Positions 28,594 through 38,762 of a stretch of DNA of 64,000 bases are shown here, piece by piece (position 1 is the first letter of the stretch; each line of letters opens with the position of its first letter). The DNA is taken from contig OY970195.1 in the NCBI GenBank assembly GCA_963708185.1, positions 832,001 through 896,000 of the forward strand, given 5' to 3'. Below the pieces are notes generated by a model. The model was not told the DNA's origin. It saw only the letters and a program-made list of their open reading frames with translations, and did no database searches. The DNA comes from Candidatus Peregrinibacteria bacterium (lineage in GTDB: Bacteria > Patescibacteriota > Gracilibacteria > UBA1369). A program made the position numbers and the translations under genes.

Positions 28594-31500
28594 TTATTTG
28601 AATTCGGTAACGATAACGACTCCGTTTGCGCCGGCGCCGCCGTCTCTATTGGTATTACTCTGGGTTAACGCTCCGCTTCCACCGGAACCATACGTGTTAC
28701 CAGCGTTACCCGTATTCGTCGAACTGACGCCCACGGCGCCCCCGCCGAAGAACGATCCGCCGCCTGATCCTGAAACTCCGTTCCCGCCTGAGAGATGCAA
28801 TCCAGGGCTTCCCGCGTCTCCTGTAGTGTTGATGTCGCCACCTGAACCTGCCCCTCCGGTTCCCGGGTCGGTCGACGAAGAGGTCCCGGATGTTGATCCA
28901 GGTCCTCCGCTTCCTCCGCTTCCTCCGGTTGCGCTCAAAAGGCCTGTCCCGAAAGTTGAGGTTCCGCCTGTGGATCCTGATCCGCTACTGGCACCAGCGC
29001 CTCCCCCGCCTCCGGTACCGACAGCATAGGCATAGCTTGCGGCAGGATTGACGATTAAGCGTCTGGTATATCCGCCGCCGCCGCCGCCAGCCCCGGCTCC
29101 CGTACCGAAACCCGTACCGTTGGAACCGCCGCCTCCTCCTCCTCCTCCGACAACTTCAACCATGATGGCGGTGACGCCAGCCGGGGTTGTATACGTGCCG
29201 CTTCCTGAAGTAAAGATCTGTCGGCTTGAGGGTCCGGGAGTAGCCCATAAGGTGTTCGTACCGTTTGTCTGTAAATACTTGTTGGCGTTTCCCGTTTGCG
29301 AGGGTAACGAAGAAGAACTGGTGTTGCCGTAGCCCGTGAAAATCCATAATGATTGCGTCGAGTCGTACATGAATCTGGCCACGGCGGGTCCGGGGACCGC
29401 GAGGTCTCCACCGGTCAACGTGAGAATCCTGTTGGCGGCCGTCGACCCTGCGTTTTGATTGGAAAGGGTCATGGTGTTGGTTGTGGTGTTGTAGAGATTG
29501 AGCATTTTCCCGTTCGCCCCGCTGCCAATCCCGGTAATGGAAAATGCAGCGCTCGGTCCGGTGATGCGAACGTTCGATGAACCGTCAATGGCGATATTGT
29601 TGTTGGCGCCGTTGGCGAGCGTGAGCGAGGTGCTGCGCAGCGCGAGGTCTCCGTTGACGTCGAGTTTGGTATTGGGAGCGGCAGTGCCTACTCCGTAACT
29701 GTTATTGGTTGAGGTCCCGTTGTCGACGATATTCGTTGATGCGTTGGTGATCTGGTTTTCCTGAACAAAATTATTTGAACTTGTGTTGTCGACGATGGAG
29801 ATGCCCGATGCAAAGTTTGACGGAGAACCGCGAACGGTGTTTCCGATAAGGGTTGAATAGGTGACGTTCGCAGCAAGCTGGATACCGATGGCCGAGGTAT
29901 TGTTGTTGCCTTCAATGGTGTTGTTCATGACCATGACGTCCTGATCGTTGTTGAGGTAGAGACCAAGGGATCCGGCATTGAAACCTACATTCCTTGCACG
30001 GTTGGAAAAGATGGCCGAGGAAGACGTGTACGTAAAATCATAGGAGGTTTCAGCGGCTTCGTTGACGATCATTTCGGAAATGATGCTGTCCATAATGCCG
30101 TTGCCATAACCGAAGGTTTGACCTGCTACCGGCGCACCGCCGTCAAAATGGACACCGTCAACCCAGCGGTCGGCGGCCACGTCGCGGTCGATAATGTTGC
30201 GGGAAGCCGTAAATCTGGCACCCGACGCCGTCGCTCCATCGGTAAAGACGATGGCGGTATGCGTGGTGGTTTTGGTGCCGATGGACTGGACGACCATATC
30301 GAGAACTTTATTCTGGGCACCGCCGTTCATTTCGATACCGTGGACATCTGGGCCGACCTGAAGCGTGAAATTATTGATGATGACGTTGCTGCGTGGGGAA
30401 GTACCGTTGGAGGCGCCGACCTGAATGACGGCGACATGACTTCCGGTTCCGCCCGTCCAGGTTCCGGTCTGTGCTCTGACCATCGTGCCGGGTCCTTCAC
30501 CTTCGAGTTCGATGTTGTCCTGTGTAATGGTGAGGGGCGCCGTGATATCATGCGTTCCGACGAGAAGTTTCACCACTCCACCACTGGCGCCGAGACTGTT
30601 GATAGCTCCCTGGATGTTCATTCCGGGAGAAACGTTAATGGTTCGGTCGGGAACCGTGGTGATCGTGCCGCTTGTGACCACGTTACTTCCTCCGACGATC
30701 GTCACCGGCCAGTCGAGAACCTTCAAAGGATCCCTGCTTAAAAGGTTAATCACGGTTATGACAGAGCTTGAACTTAAACCTGATGACGCAACAGTGTTTA
30801 AAAGTGTTCCGGTTCCAGTGGATTCCGTACACTGGTTGAAGGTGGCGATGGTGACCGGTTTTGTCCCTGCTGTACTGCTGACACCTATCTTCGAACCGTT
30901 GACGATAAAGTTCACCTGGGTGAACTGTATGGCGCTGTTGGATGCGGCATTGTACTGGACATCCATACCCATTGTTGCGGTTATCGCGGCATCAACGCTA
31001 ACGGTCAATGTTTCAAATTTCGAGTCGTAGACGCTCAGTTTTCCCGCACCCTGGACGGCGATGGTCGTGAGCGCGGTATTGGTTCCTCTTATTTTTATGT
31101 TGGCGAGGTTGACCGTGGTTGTTACCGGATAGGTGCCGGGGTCCACCCACATTTCGCCTCCGGAAAGCGTGTTCAAATAGGCCGCGGCCGCGGAAATGGT
31201 GGTATAGTCGCGTCCGCTCGGGCCGACGGTTACGATTTTCGACGCCGTCGAAGCGGTGATCGAACCTTGCAAAGGCTTCCAGATCGTTCCGTTCCAGTCG
31301 TAGGTTCCGGTACCGCAGCTTGGACTGACGCATCCCGGGGCAACCGAATCGGTGGCCGTCAATTCTACGATGCGTCCCGTGTCCGTTGCAGGGAGACCTC
31401 CGGCTCCTCCGGGCATGGCCGTGACGTTTTCGACGCGGAAGGTGGTGAGCTGGTTATTGTTGAGATCCAGCTTGTCGTTGAATTCAAAACGGGCCAGGGT

Positions 31501-31734
31501 CTGGTTATACAGGAGTGTCTTCGCCAATGTTGATCCGAACTGCAGCACGATGTTGCCTGCATTACTATTGTTGTTGTCGATGACGAGATTGTCGGAATCG
31601 ACCGTCGCAAAATTATCATCCTGGAAAAGAATCGCCGCATGGGCGGTTGGCGCTGCCTTCAACGATCCGACGGCTATAAATAGCACTGCTATCAGAATCG
31701 TTGTTCCAAATTTTTTTCGGATGTGATCCACCAT
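28594..31734 (-). CDS. Secreted fibre/adhesin-like protein with beta-helix (pectate-lyase-like) domains and Gly-rich C-terminus
   Basis: Signal peptide ending AHA; YTTISAA...PGTY and IQGAIN...GGVVKL beta-helix caps; GVGTAAPNTKLDVNG; GGGGGGG-rich tail. Confidence 0.8.
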   Translation of the reverse strand: MVDHIRKKFGTTILIAVLFIAVGSLKAAPTAHAAILFQDDNFATVDSDNLVIDNNNSNAGNIVLQFGSTLAKTLLYNQTLARFEFNDKLDLNNNQLTTFRVENVTAMPGGAGGLPATDTGRIVELTATDSVAPGCVSPSCGTGTYDWNGTIWKPLQGSITASTASKIVTVGPSGRDYTTISAAAAYLNTLSGGEMWVDPGTYPVTTTVNLANIKIRGTNTALTTIAVQGAGKLSVYDSKFETLTVSVDAAITATMGMDVQYNAASNSAIQFTQVNFIVNGSKIGVSSTAGTKPVTIATFNQCTESTGTGTLLNTVASSGLSSSSVITVINLLSRDPLKVLDWPVTIVGGSNVVTSGTITTVPDRTINVSPGMNIQGAINSLGASGGVVKLLVGTHDITAPLTITQDNIELEGEGPGTMVRAQTGTWTGGTGSHVAVIQVGASNGTSPRSNVIINNFTLQVGPDVHGIEMNGGAQNKVLDMVVQSIGTKTTTHTAIVFTDGATASGARFTASRNIIDRDVAADRWVDGVHFDGGAPVAGQTFGYGNGIMDSIISEMIVNEAAETSYDFTYTSSSAIFSNRARNVGFNAGSLGLYLNNDQDVMVMNNTIEGNNNTSAIGIQLAANVTYSTLIGNTVRGSPSNFASGISIVDNTSSNNFVQENQITNASTNIVDNGTSTNNSYGVGTAAPNTKLDVNGDLALRSTSLTLANGANNNIAIDGSSNVRITGPSAAFSITGIGSGANGKMLNLYNTTTNTMTLSNQNAGSTAANRILTLTGGDLAVPGPAVARFMYDSTQSLWIFTGYGNTSSSSLPSQTGNANKYLQTNGTNTLWATPGPSSRQIFTSGSGTYTTPAGVTAIMVEVVGGGGGGGGSNGTGFGTGAGAGGGGGGYTRRLIVNPAASYAYAVGTGGGGGAGASSGSGSTGGTSTFGTGLLSATGGSGGSGGPGSTSGTSSSTDPGTGGAGSGGDINTTGDAGSPGLHLSGGNGVSGSGGGSFFGGGAVGVSSTNTGNAGNTYGSGGSGALTQSNTNRDGGAGANGVVIVTEFK

Positions 31735-31761
31735 AATACTTTGAGAGTAATAATCACGACA

Positions 31762-31787
31762 GTGTCCCGCACCGTGGTGCGGGACAC
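31762..31787. repeat. Perfect intergenic hairpin
   Basis: GTGTCCCGCACC-GT-GGTGCGGGACAC, 12-bp arms, no U-tract. Confidence 0.8.
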
Positions 31788-31797
31788 AACCTGACTA

Positions 31798-33477
31798 TTA
31801 ATTGTTGTAGACGAGTTTTGCCGTACCTGCATCAGCGAAAGTTGTTCCGCCGGTGCGATCGTAGAGTTTGACGTCTACTTCCATGGTATCGCCTGCAGTC
31901 AGCGTGGCGCATCCTGCGTTGAGGGTGGCGGCGGTAATCGTTGCCGTTGACCAGACGTTGGCCGTAGCAAGACCTGCACTGGAGCCGCAAGTTGTAGCGG
32001 TTGTTACATCGGTGACCGTTACGTCGACTTTATTATCGGTAGCCGTGGTTGTTCCCGTACGATAACCAAAGGTAAAGTCACCGGTGCTTGCAAAGTCTGC
32101 CGGGAGCGGGAAGCGGAACTTCACGTCAATATCCTGCTGTGAGATTCTATTGGTGGTCCAACCGAAATACTGCTGGCTGTTAGTTGCATCGTAATCCTGA
32201 ACCAACGTACCGTTATTTGCTGAACCGTCGCGTGAAATCACGTAGTCGGGATACTGAGGAGCGAAGGTCAGATCTTCAACGTTCGGTGCGTTTGCACCTG
32301 TCGTGGAGCCGAGTTCCTGGAGGGCGGATTCAACGTTTGTTCCAGTGAAATAACCGCCCGCGTCGTTGATGCCAAGCAGGCTGGCGCCCTGACCGGAAGA
32401 GGTGAGGGTCAGAGCATTCAAAGCATCGAGGACTCCTGTATTACCTGCGCCGGTATAGGTCGCAGAAAGACCGGTCTGGCTGGTATTGAAGTTCAACGGA
32501 GCCGTGAGGTTGGAATCGTTGAAGGTGATGTTTCCTGCTGAAGACAGAGCGATGTCTCCGGAGGTCGTTGTCTGGAGGTTCAAATCGCCGGTATCGGTTC
32601 CCACGGTGGATGCTCCAGAACCGGTGACGCTGAACGCGCCGGTGGTGGAAGAGAAGTTCAACCCTCCCGTTCCCCATGTGCCGGTAATTCCACCGGCGGC
32701 ATTGGAAGCGTCGAGGCTGATGGCGTTGGAAGCGGCACCTGAACCTGTGATGTTCGTTGAATCAGCGGTTTGGCTGTAGGTACCAGTTCCGGCATCGATA
32801 CTGAAGTTGCCGTTGGATGTGGTCAGTGTCTGATCGCCGTCAGCGTTGTACACTGATTCAAGATCCTGAGGTCCTGCCGTTCCCCAGGTGTTGGTCGATG
32901 TACAAACCTGGAGGGTTGCTGAAGTGGTGTTGAAGAAAAGATCACCAGCGGAACATGTTGCCGGGTTGGTTGCGCCGGTTGGAACAGCCGGGGCAGGTGT
33001 TATCCATGTTCCCGGTGTACCGGTTGCGGTACAGATCATGAGGGCGTTAGATGTCGTATTCACGATGACTTCACCGGTGCTTGAACAATCTGCATTGGTG
33101 TTTGGATCGGGATCTTCACGCAGACGAACGCCTGCAGCCGCCGAGAGGTCAACCTGGCCTCCACTGACGGTCAAGCCGTTGGTGGTGGTCAAGTCGCCTG
33201 TTACGTCGACCGGATGGTCAACGGTGAAGCGGTTTGTGGTGATATCCCATGTAATGTTCCCATTTTCGGAAGCGGTCGGGTCAGCGCCGAACTGGATGCC
33301 GGTGTTGACGGAACCGCTGTCGTTGGAACCGATCTGGATGGCGTCGGATTCAACGGTTGCAAAGGTGTCATCCTGGAAAAGGATGGCAGCGGAAGCGGTT
33401 TGCGCCACGATGCCCATAAGCATCATGCCCAGTGCGAGTGAGCTTAAGAAGCGCATTTTGGTGTAGAATTTTTTCAT
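31798..33477 (-). CDS. Secreted Thr/Gly-rich fibre-like protein
   Basis: ATG at 33477; signal peptide ending ASA; two CxxGxxxxNTTSxxLxxCT repeats; FTGTNVESALQEL. Confidence 0.8.
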   Translation of the reverse strand: MKKFYTKMRFLSSLALGMMLMGIVAQTASAAILFQDDTFATVESDAIQIGSNDSGSVNTGIQFGADPTASENGNITWDITTNRFTVDHPVDVTGDLTTTNGLTVSGGQVDLSAAAGVRLREDPDPNTNADCSSTGEVIVNTTSNALMICTATGTPGTWITPAPAVPTGATNPATCSAGDLFFNTTSATLQVCTSTNTWGTAGPQDLESVYNADGDQTLTTSNGNFSIDAGTGTYSQTADSTNITGSGAASNAISLDASNAAGGITGTWGTGGLNFSSTTGAFSVTGSGASTVGTDTGDLNLQTTTSGDIALSSAGNITFNDSNLTAPLNFNTSQTGLSATYTGAGNTGVLDALNALTLTSSGQGASLLGINDAGGYFTGTNVESALQELGSTTGANAPNVEDLTFAPQYPDYVISRDGSANNGTLVQDYDATNSQQYFGWTTNRISQQDIDVKFRFPLPADFASTGDFTFGYRTGTTTATDNKVDVTVTDVTTATTCGSSAGLATANVWSTATITAATLNAGCATLTAGDTMEVDVKLYDRTGGTTFADAGTAKLVYNN

Positions 33478-33558
33478 AATGTTTTGGGGGTTAAATTTTA
33501 TTTTTAAGATATTTTTATTGTTTGAGAAGGTATGAAGTTTCAAGGCACCTGCCGTTGA

Positions 33559-33618
33559 TTTGACGTTTCCCTTTCGACTGCCATGTTCGACCATTCATAG
33601 CGGACGAAAGGGGTCAAA
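33559..33618. repeat. Intergenic stem-loop
   Basis: TTTGAC..CCCTTTCG pairs with CGAAAGGG.GTCAAA. Confidence 0.6.
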
Positions 33619-33659
33619 TTGTCATGAAGAATTTTTCATAAGTGCTTGGGGTTACTGGA

Positions 33660-34967
33660 TTAGCGTCCGTTATAATTGAGTTGAAGCCGCGCTGCATCCG
33701 CGAAGCCCGTGTCTTTTGCCGTCATTTTGACGTGGATGGTGATCGGCTCTCCGGCGGCAAACGCTGGTGATCCGCCGAACGTAATGTCAGATGTTGCAAA
33801 GGTTGTGGAAACGAGTCCGGTTGCACCGGTAAGCGTTACGCTGTTGCCGTCGGTGTCTTCAATCGAAATATCCACCTGATTGTCTGCTGTTGAAGCCGTT
33901 CCGGTTCTGTAGGTGAACTGCACCGGTGTGGCCTGCCAGGAGACGAACCCGCTCGGTAACGTCGTACGGATGACGATATCCATGTTCTGAAGCGAGGTCT
34001 GGTTGGTGGTCCATTCATAGTAGTTGATGTTGTTGTTCCCGGGGGCGCCGTCGGTATCGGCAAAGTAGTCTTTGAGTGTGCCTTTATTGCTCGTGCCGTC
34101 GGGTTGAATGACGCCGTCGGCATACTCCGGTTCGTAAACAATGCTCTGGTCGTAAGGGCCAACGGTGGTATTGTCGATGGTGACGCCGTTGATGGTTCCC
34201 GTGGTCGTTAAGTCTCCGGTTACGTTGACATTGTCGTTGAAGTTAAACCATCCCGCGGCCGTATCGTACTCTAAAAATTTATTGAGGGTATTGCCGAACT
34301 GGAGCGAAACCGACCCCGGACCAACCACGGAGTTATCGTTGTCGATGATAAACGTATCGTTATTAGTTCCACCCGGTATGGTGCTTATGGGAAGCTGTCC
34401 CGATCCATCGAGGAAGGGAACATCTCCGGGAGCGCAGGTGGAGATACTGGTACAAGCGTCGTGGTTATCAAGTGTGTCCGCGTTGATGGCGAATGCGGAA
34501 GCGTCCAAAGGGAAACGGTCCGTGGTGTTGGCGGTGTTTCCATCGGGGTCGAGCACTTCATAGCTCGTATCCGGAGAGCCGGAAGGTTTGACGTCGACTT
34601 GGAGATACACGTCGGTTGATGAATTGAAGTTCGGCAGCGTGGTGATGCTGCCAAGTCGGACCTGGAAAAGGCCGTTACTGTCTGGTGTAACGGAATAGGT
34701 TTCGGTCCATCCGGTGTATCCGGGCGCGGAAGGATCAATGGCACCGGAGCCCAAAAGATCGGAAGCCGTAAAATCAGCGTTGTCCCAGAGACTGAATCTG
34801 ATATCCTGCGTCGTGGCGACGGGAACTCCGCTCGTATCGGTTAAGCGGGCACTATAGGAGACCGTGTACGGTGACGTGGTTGTTCCCGGAGGAGGTGCTG
34901 CGAGCGTCTGCTGGAGGAGTCCTCCAACAGTGATCAAAGCAATCAAAACTGTCGTGAATTTTTTCAT
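33660..34967 (-). CDS. Secreted fibre-like protein with SYxxRLxD N-terminal domain
   Basis: Signal peptide; SYSARLTDTSG...RFSLWD...WTE...NGLFQVRLG; C-terminal domain homologous to that of 31798-33477. Confidence 0.8.
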   Translation of the reverse strand: MKKFTTVLIALITVGGLLQQTLAAPPPGTTTSPYTVSYSARLTDTSGVPVATTQDIRFSLWDNADFTASDLLGSGAIDPSAPGYTGWTETYSVTPDSNGLFQVRLGSITTLPNFNSSTDVYLQVDVKPSGSPDTSYEVLDPDGNTANTTDRFPLDASAFAINADTLDNHDACTSISTCAPGDVPFLDGSGQLPISTIPGGTNNDTFIIDNDNSVVGPGSVSLQFGNTLNKFLEYDTAAGWFNFNDNVNVTGDLTTTGTINGVTIDNTTVGPYDQSIVYEPEYADGVIQPDGTSNKGTLKDYFADTDGAPGNNNINYYEWTTNQTSLQNMDIVIRTTLPSGFVSWQATPVQFTYRTGTASTADNQVDISIEDTDGNSVTLTGATGLVSTTFATSDITFGGSPAFAAGEPITIHVKMTAKDTGFADAARLQLNYNGR

Positions 34968-35116
34968 CTCAATCTGAGCTTACATTTTGTTTTTGTTTTT
35001 TGAGATTTTTTACTATCGTTATATTTTAACATATTTTTATTATTTGTGGAGGGGCAAATGTCATTATTTCGTTAAGAATACATTGACATACTTAATAAAA
35101 TATTTTTTATAATACC

Positions 35117-36880
35117 TTGTGGCCGTTTTGGCCAGTTTCTGCTAAGGTGAGGGTTGCAGTTTTCAGCATTTTTTCTTTCCTTACGACAAAATTTACAAAA
35201 AAAATCGGTATCGTCATGGAGATTCTCTGGCTTGCCGTGGTTTTCGCTCTTCCGCTTGTCTTTTTTCCAACAGTTTTTACGACCTTTGAACTGGCAAAAA
35301 CGTTTATTTTTCAAGGAGCGGCCACGCTGCTGTTGCTGTTGTGGATTCTGAAATGTTTCTTCAATGGTTCCGGTCCGGTTTTCGAAAGGAAATCCCACCG
35401 GTTCTTATGGGTGTCATTGGCAATTTTTCTCGGTTTTTACCTTCTGGCGACGGTGTTTTCGGTGGCTCCTGCGTTGAGCGTTTTTGGCTGGTATCCCCGT
35501 TTCCAGGGATTGCTGGCGTTTTTTAGTTACATTGTTTTCGGCTTCGTGCTTTTCTTTGAACTAAAAACCGAAAAGCAAAGGGAACGTTTCATCCTGGCTG
35601 TTTTGCTGGGTTTCGTTTTGGCCTGCCTCATGGCGATGATGCAAAAATTCCTCCCCGGATTTCTGCAATGGTGGAACGATGCCGAATTTAACGGAAGAAT
35701 CTACGGAACCATGGCCAACCCCAACTACCTTGCAGGATACATCGTAATCGTCGCCCCTCTTGCTTTGGGTAACATCTTCAGGAAAAAATTCAGATGGTTT
35801 TCTGTGTTTTGCCTGCTGTTGGGCGTCACTGCATTATTGTTGACGCTTTCACGGGCAGGGTTTCTGGCGTTTTTTTTGAGCGTCGTTTTTTTGCTCGGAG
35901 CGGTCGCCTATCGTCGAAAAGCCATGAAAACACTGGTGGCTCTGGTGATTCTGCCGCTTGTGGCCGCGGGCTTCGTCTGGTTTGTCATCGCACACCAGCA
36001 GGAAGACTGGGTCACCGCCAATCCTTTTTTGAACCGTATCACCACGAATGAAGAGAACGTTTCGTCCGCGCAGTCGCGCCTGGAGATCTGGCCCGCGGCG
36101 GTAAAACAAATATTGGCGAGTCCCTTCATCGGTTTCGGACCGGAAACTTTTGCCGTCAGCTTCCCGGCCTATGCTCCTTCGACCGTCAATACCCGTGAAG
36201 ATATGGGCGAGATCGTCGATCATGCCCACAATGAGCTGCTGGACATGGCCGTTCAGACCGGTATTCCGGGAATGCTCGCCTATCTGTGTTTTCTTGCAGG
36301 ACTGGTCGCCGCGGGAGGAGGTTATTTCCTCAACAAAAAAGGCTCCGACAGCGAATCATGGCTTGTACTAGGTCTTTCCTCCTCCATTCTGGGGCTTTTC
36401 ATTGCCAACGAGTTCGGTTTTTCCGTGACCGTTCACTGGGTACTGTTCGCGGCTTTCGCTGCAGTGATGCTGAACATCATCCATCAAAAAGAGATGCGGG
36501 AAATTCCCTATCGCGTCGCGAACTGGCTGAAAGGATTGCTTTTTGCTTTGGTGGCCCTGTTGAGTATCGGCATGTTCTGGGTTCATGACGTGAACCTTGT
36601 GCTCGCCGATGCCACGATGCGGCAAGGGTATGACGCTATTCTTGCCGGTGATCTTCCCACCACCGCGCAGTACTATCAGGCGGCGGCCCAAACGGCTCCT
36701 GTGGAAGCTTTCTATTCGCTTAACCTGGCTTACGTTGATCTTCAACGGCTGTATGATGAGCAAAAACTCACGGCAGTGGAAATTCTTGACGCTTACGGTT
36801 CAGCTTTGCACGCTTCCCGTTTGCGTGGATATGACAGTTTTTCGCTTTCCGTTGCTCAGGAATTGCATAATACTTTTTAA
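35117..36880 (+). CDS. O-antigen ligase family (Wzy_C) membrane protein, possible O-oligosaccharyltransferase
   Basis: GTMANPNYLAG, TLSRAG, RLEIW, GFGPETF, HAHNELL; many TM segments; start uncertain. Confidence 0.9.
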   Translation: MWPFWPVSAKVRVAVFSIFSFLTTKFTKKIGIVMEILWLAVVFALPLVFFPTVFTTFELAKTFIFQGAATLLLLLWILKCFFNGSGPVFERKSHRFLWVSLAIFLGFYLLATVFSVAPALSVFGWYPRFQGLLAFFSYIVFGFVLFFELKTEKQRERFILAVLLGFVLACLMAMMQKFLPGFLQWWNDAEFNGRIYGTMANPNYLAGYIVIVAPLALGNIFRKKFRWFSVFCLLLGVTALLLTLSRAGFLAFFLSVVFLLGAVAYRRKAMKTLVALVILPLVAAGFVWFVIAHQQEDWVTANPFLNRITTNEENVSSAQSRLEIWPAAVKQILASPFIGFGPETFAVSFPAYAPSTVNTREDMGEIVDHAHNELLDMAVQTGIPGMLAYLCFLAGLVAAGGGYFLNKKGSDSESWLVLGLSSSILGLFIANEFGFSVTVHWVLFAAFAAVMLNIIHQKEMREIPYRVANWLKGLLFALVALLSIGMFWVHDVNLVLADATMRQGYDAILAGDLPTTAQYYQAAAQTAPVEAFYSLNLAYVDLQRLYDEQKLTAVEILDAYGSALHASRLRGYDSFSLSVAQELHNTF

Positions 36881-36892
36881 AAATTAAAGGGA

Positions 36893-36967
36893 TTGACTTT
36901 TTGTAAACTCTTCTTAAAATGTCTGGTTGACTTAATCTGGCAAGGTTAACCATAAATTATGGTTAAC
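36893..36967 (+). promoter_or_regulatory. atp operon promoter with downstream palindrome
   Basis: TTGACT-N16-TAAAAT (36893-36920); GTTAACCATAA-A-TTATGGTTAAC (36945-36967). Confidence 0.55.
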
Positions 36968-37005
36968 TTTTTCGATACATCTTAAGTCCTTACTCCACAT
37001 TTTTC

Positions 37006-37812
37006 ATGGGTATTTCTGACCTCGAGGTCCATTTATCGCCGAAAACGATCTTCCATATTGCACCGGGCATTCCGGTGACGGATACTATCATTACCATGTG
37101 GGTGGTGATGGCGATCATGATCGGTCTGGCACTTTTTGCCCGGATAACGATGAAATATCTCCCCAAAGGCTTCCAGAATTTTGTGGAATGGGCCCTGGGT
37201 GGGTTTTTGAAGTTTACGGAAGAGGTCGGAGGGAAAGAGGCGAGGAAGCATTTTCCGATCTTTGTGACCTTCTTCATCACGATTCTTTTCTCCAACTGGT
37301 TCGGAATTGCGATGGGCCTTATCAGTGAGCAACTTGGATTCCTGAGGGCCCCGACCAGTGACGTGAATACAACCGCCGGCCTGGCGATCGTGGCGTTTTT
37401 CTACTTTGAATACCAAGGAATGAAAGCCCACGGTTTCTTTGGACACCTCAGCCATTTTGTGAATCTGAAAGCGCTTTTCACGGGAGGTCCGATGGGCGTA
37501 CTGGATTTCTTCGTCGGGCTGCTCCACATTGTTTCCGAACTTGTCCGTCCGACCGCGCTGGCGCTCCGTCTTTTTGGAAACATTTTCGGTGGTGAAGTCG
37601 CCCTGACCGTAGCATTCTTACTTATCGCGCCGGCGTTTCCGCTGCCGTTCATGATTCTCGAATTCATCGTGGGGCTCGTCCAGGCGTTCGTATTTGCCGT
37701 ACTGTTCCTTGCCTTTACCGCCTTGAATACCGCTCACGAAGAAGCCGACCACGAAATGATCACTCCGACGAAAGACCAGATCGCTCCTCCGATTCACGCC
37801 GTGGTGGGTTAA
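37006..37812 (+). CDS. atpB: ATP synthase F0 subunit a
   Basis: PTSDVN, LALRLFGNIFGGE, QAFVF. Confidence 0.97.
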   Translation: MGISDLEVHLSPKTIFHIAPGIPVTDTIITMWVVMAIMIGLALFARITMKYLPKGFQNFVEWALGGFLKFTEEVGGKEARKHFPIFVTFFITILFSNWFGIAMGLISEQLGFLRAPTSDVNTTAGLAIVAFFYFEYQGMKAHGFFGHLSHFVNLKALFTGGPMGVLDFFVGLLHIVSELVRPTALALRLFGNIFGGEVALTVAFLLIAPAFPLPFMILEFIVGLVQAFVFAVLFLAFTALNTAHEEADHEMITPTKDQIAPPIHAVVG

Positions 37813-37906
37813 CAATGCTCATTTACAACCAGAGCTCACGAAGGAATTTCATGAAAGTTTCTCCAAGGAATCTTCCATGAGAGTCCATCTCAACCTTATT
37901 TCTTAA

Positions 37907-38162
<256 letters not shown>

Positions 38163-38189
38163 CTGCACAGGCGATTTTAACGCAAACTT

Positions 38190-38762
38190 ATGAACCAATT
38201 CATTCCCGTCGCTTTGGCGGCTCCGGAACAAGGTGATGCTACCACTGTCCAGCCGGAACCAGCACAACCAGAATCACAAGGACTGAGTCTTGATCCAGCC
38301 GTTATCGGGTTCCAGGCGCTGAACTTTGTTCTCCTCCTGGTGGCCCTCAATCTCATCCTCTATAAACCTCTGACCAAACTGCTCAACGAACGCGAGCAGA
38401 AGATCAGGGAAGGCGTCGAAAACGCCGAAAAGGCCGAAGCTTCACTTCGTGAAGCCCGGTCGGTTCGCGAAGACATGTTGAAAAACGCTAAAGTCGAAAG
38501 CCAAACCATGATGGAAAAATCGAGAAAAGAAGGCGAAAATATCAAGAACGGTATTGTTCAGGAAGCCCAGGAACAAGCTAAAAAAATCGTTGATAACGGA
38601 CACCAGGTCCTGAACATGGAAAAAGCGAAAGCCATGGAAGAGCTGAAAGCTCAGGCCGTGGGCCTCATCGTTAAAACGGCAGAAAAGGTCATCAAGGAAA
38701 AAATGGATTCGGGCAAAGACGCCAAAATGATCGAAGAAAGTCTTAACAGTTACGCAGCATGA
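38190..38762 (+). CDS. atpF: ATP synthase F0 subunit b
   Basis: FQALNF...LYKPL...ERE then coiled coil; operon position. Confidence 0.95.
   Translation: MNQFIPVALAAPEQGDATTVQPEPAQPESQGLSLDPAVIGFQALNFVLLLVALNLILYKPLTKLLNEREQKIREGVENAEKAEASLREARSVREDMLKNAKVESQTMMEKSRKEGENIKNGIVQEAQEQAKKIVDNGHQVLNMEKAKAMEELKAQAVGLIVKTAEKVIKEKMDSGKDAKMIEESLNSYAA

Noticed and set aside
13070-34967. Prophage (excisionase-like HTH, tail-fibre-like motifs)
   Set aside because: No integrase, terminase, capsid or lysis genes. The fibre proteins have Sec signal peptides and are interspersed with core genes.
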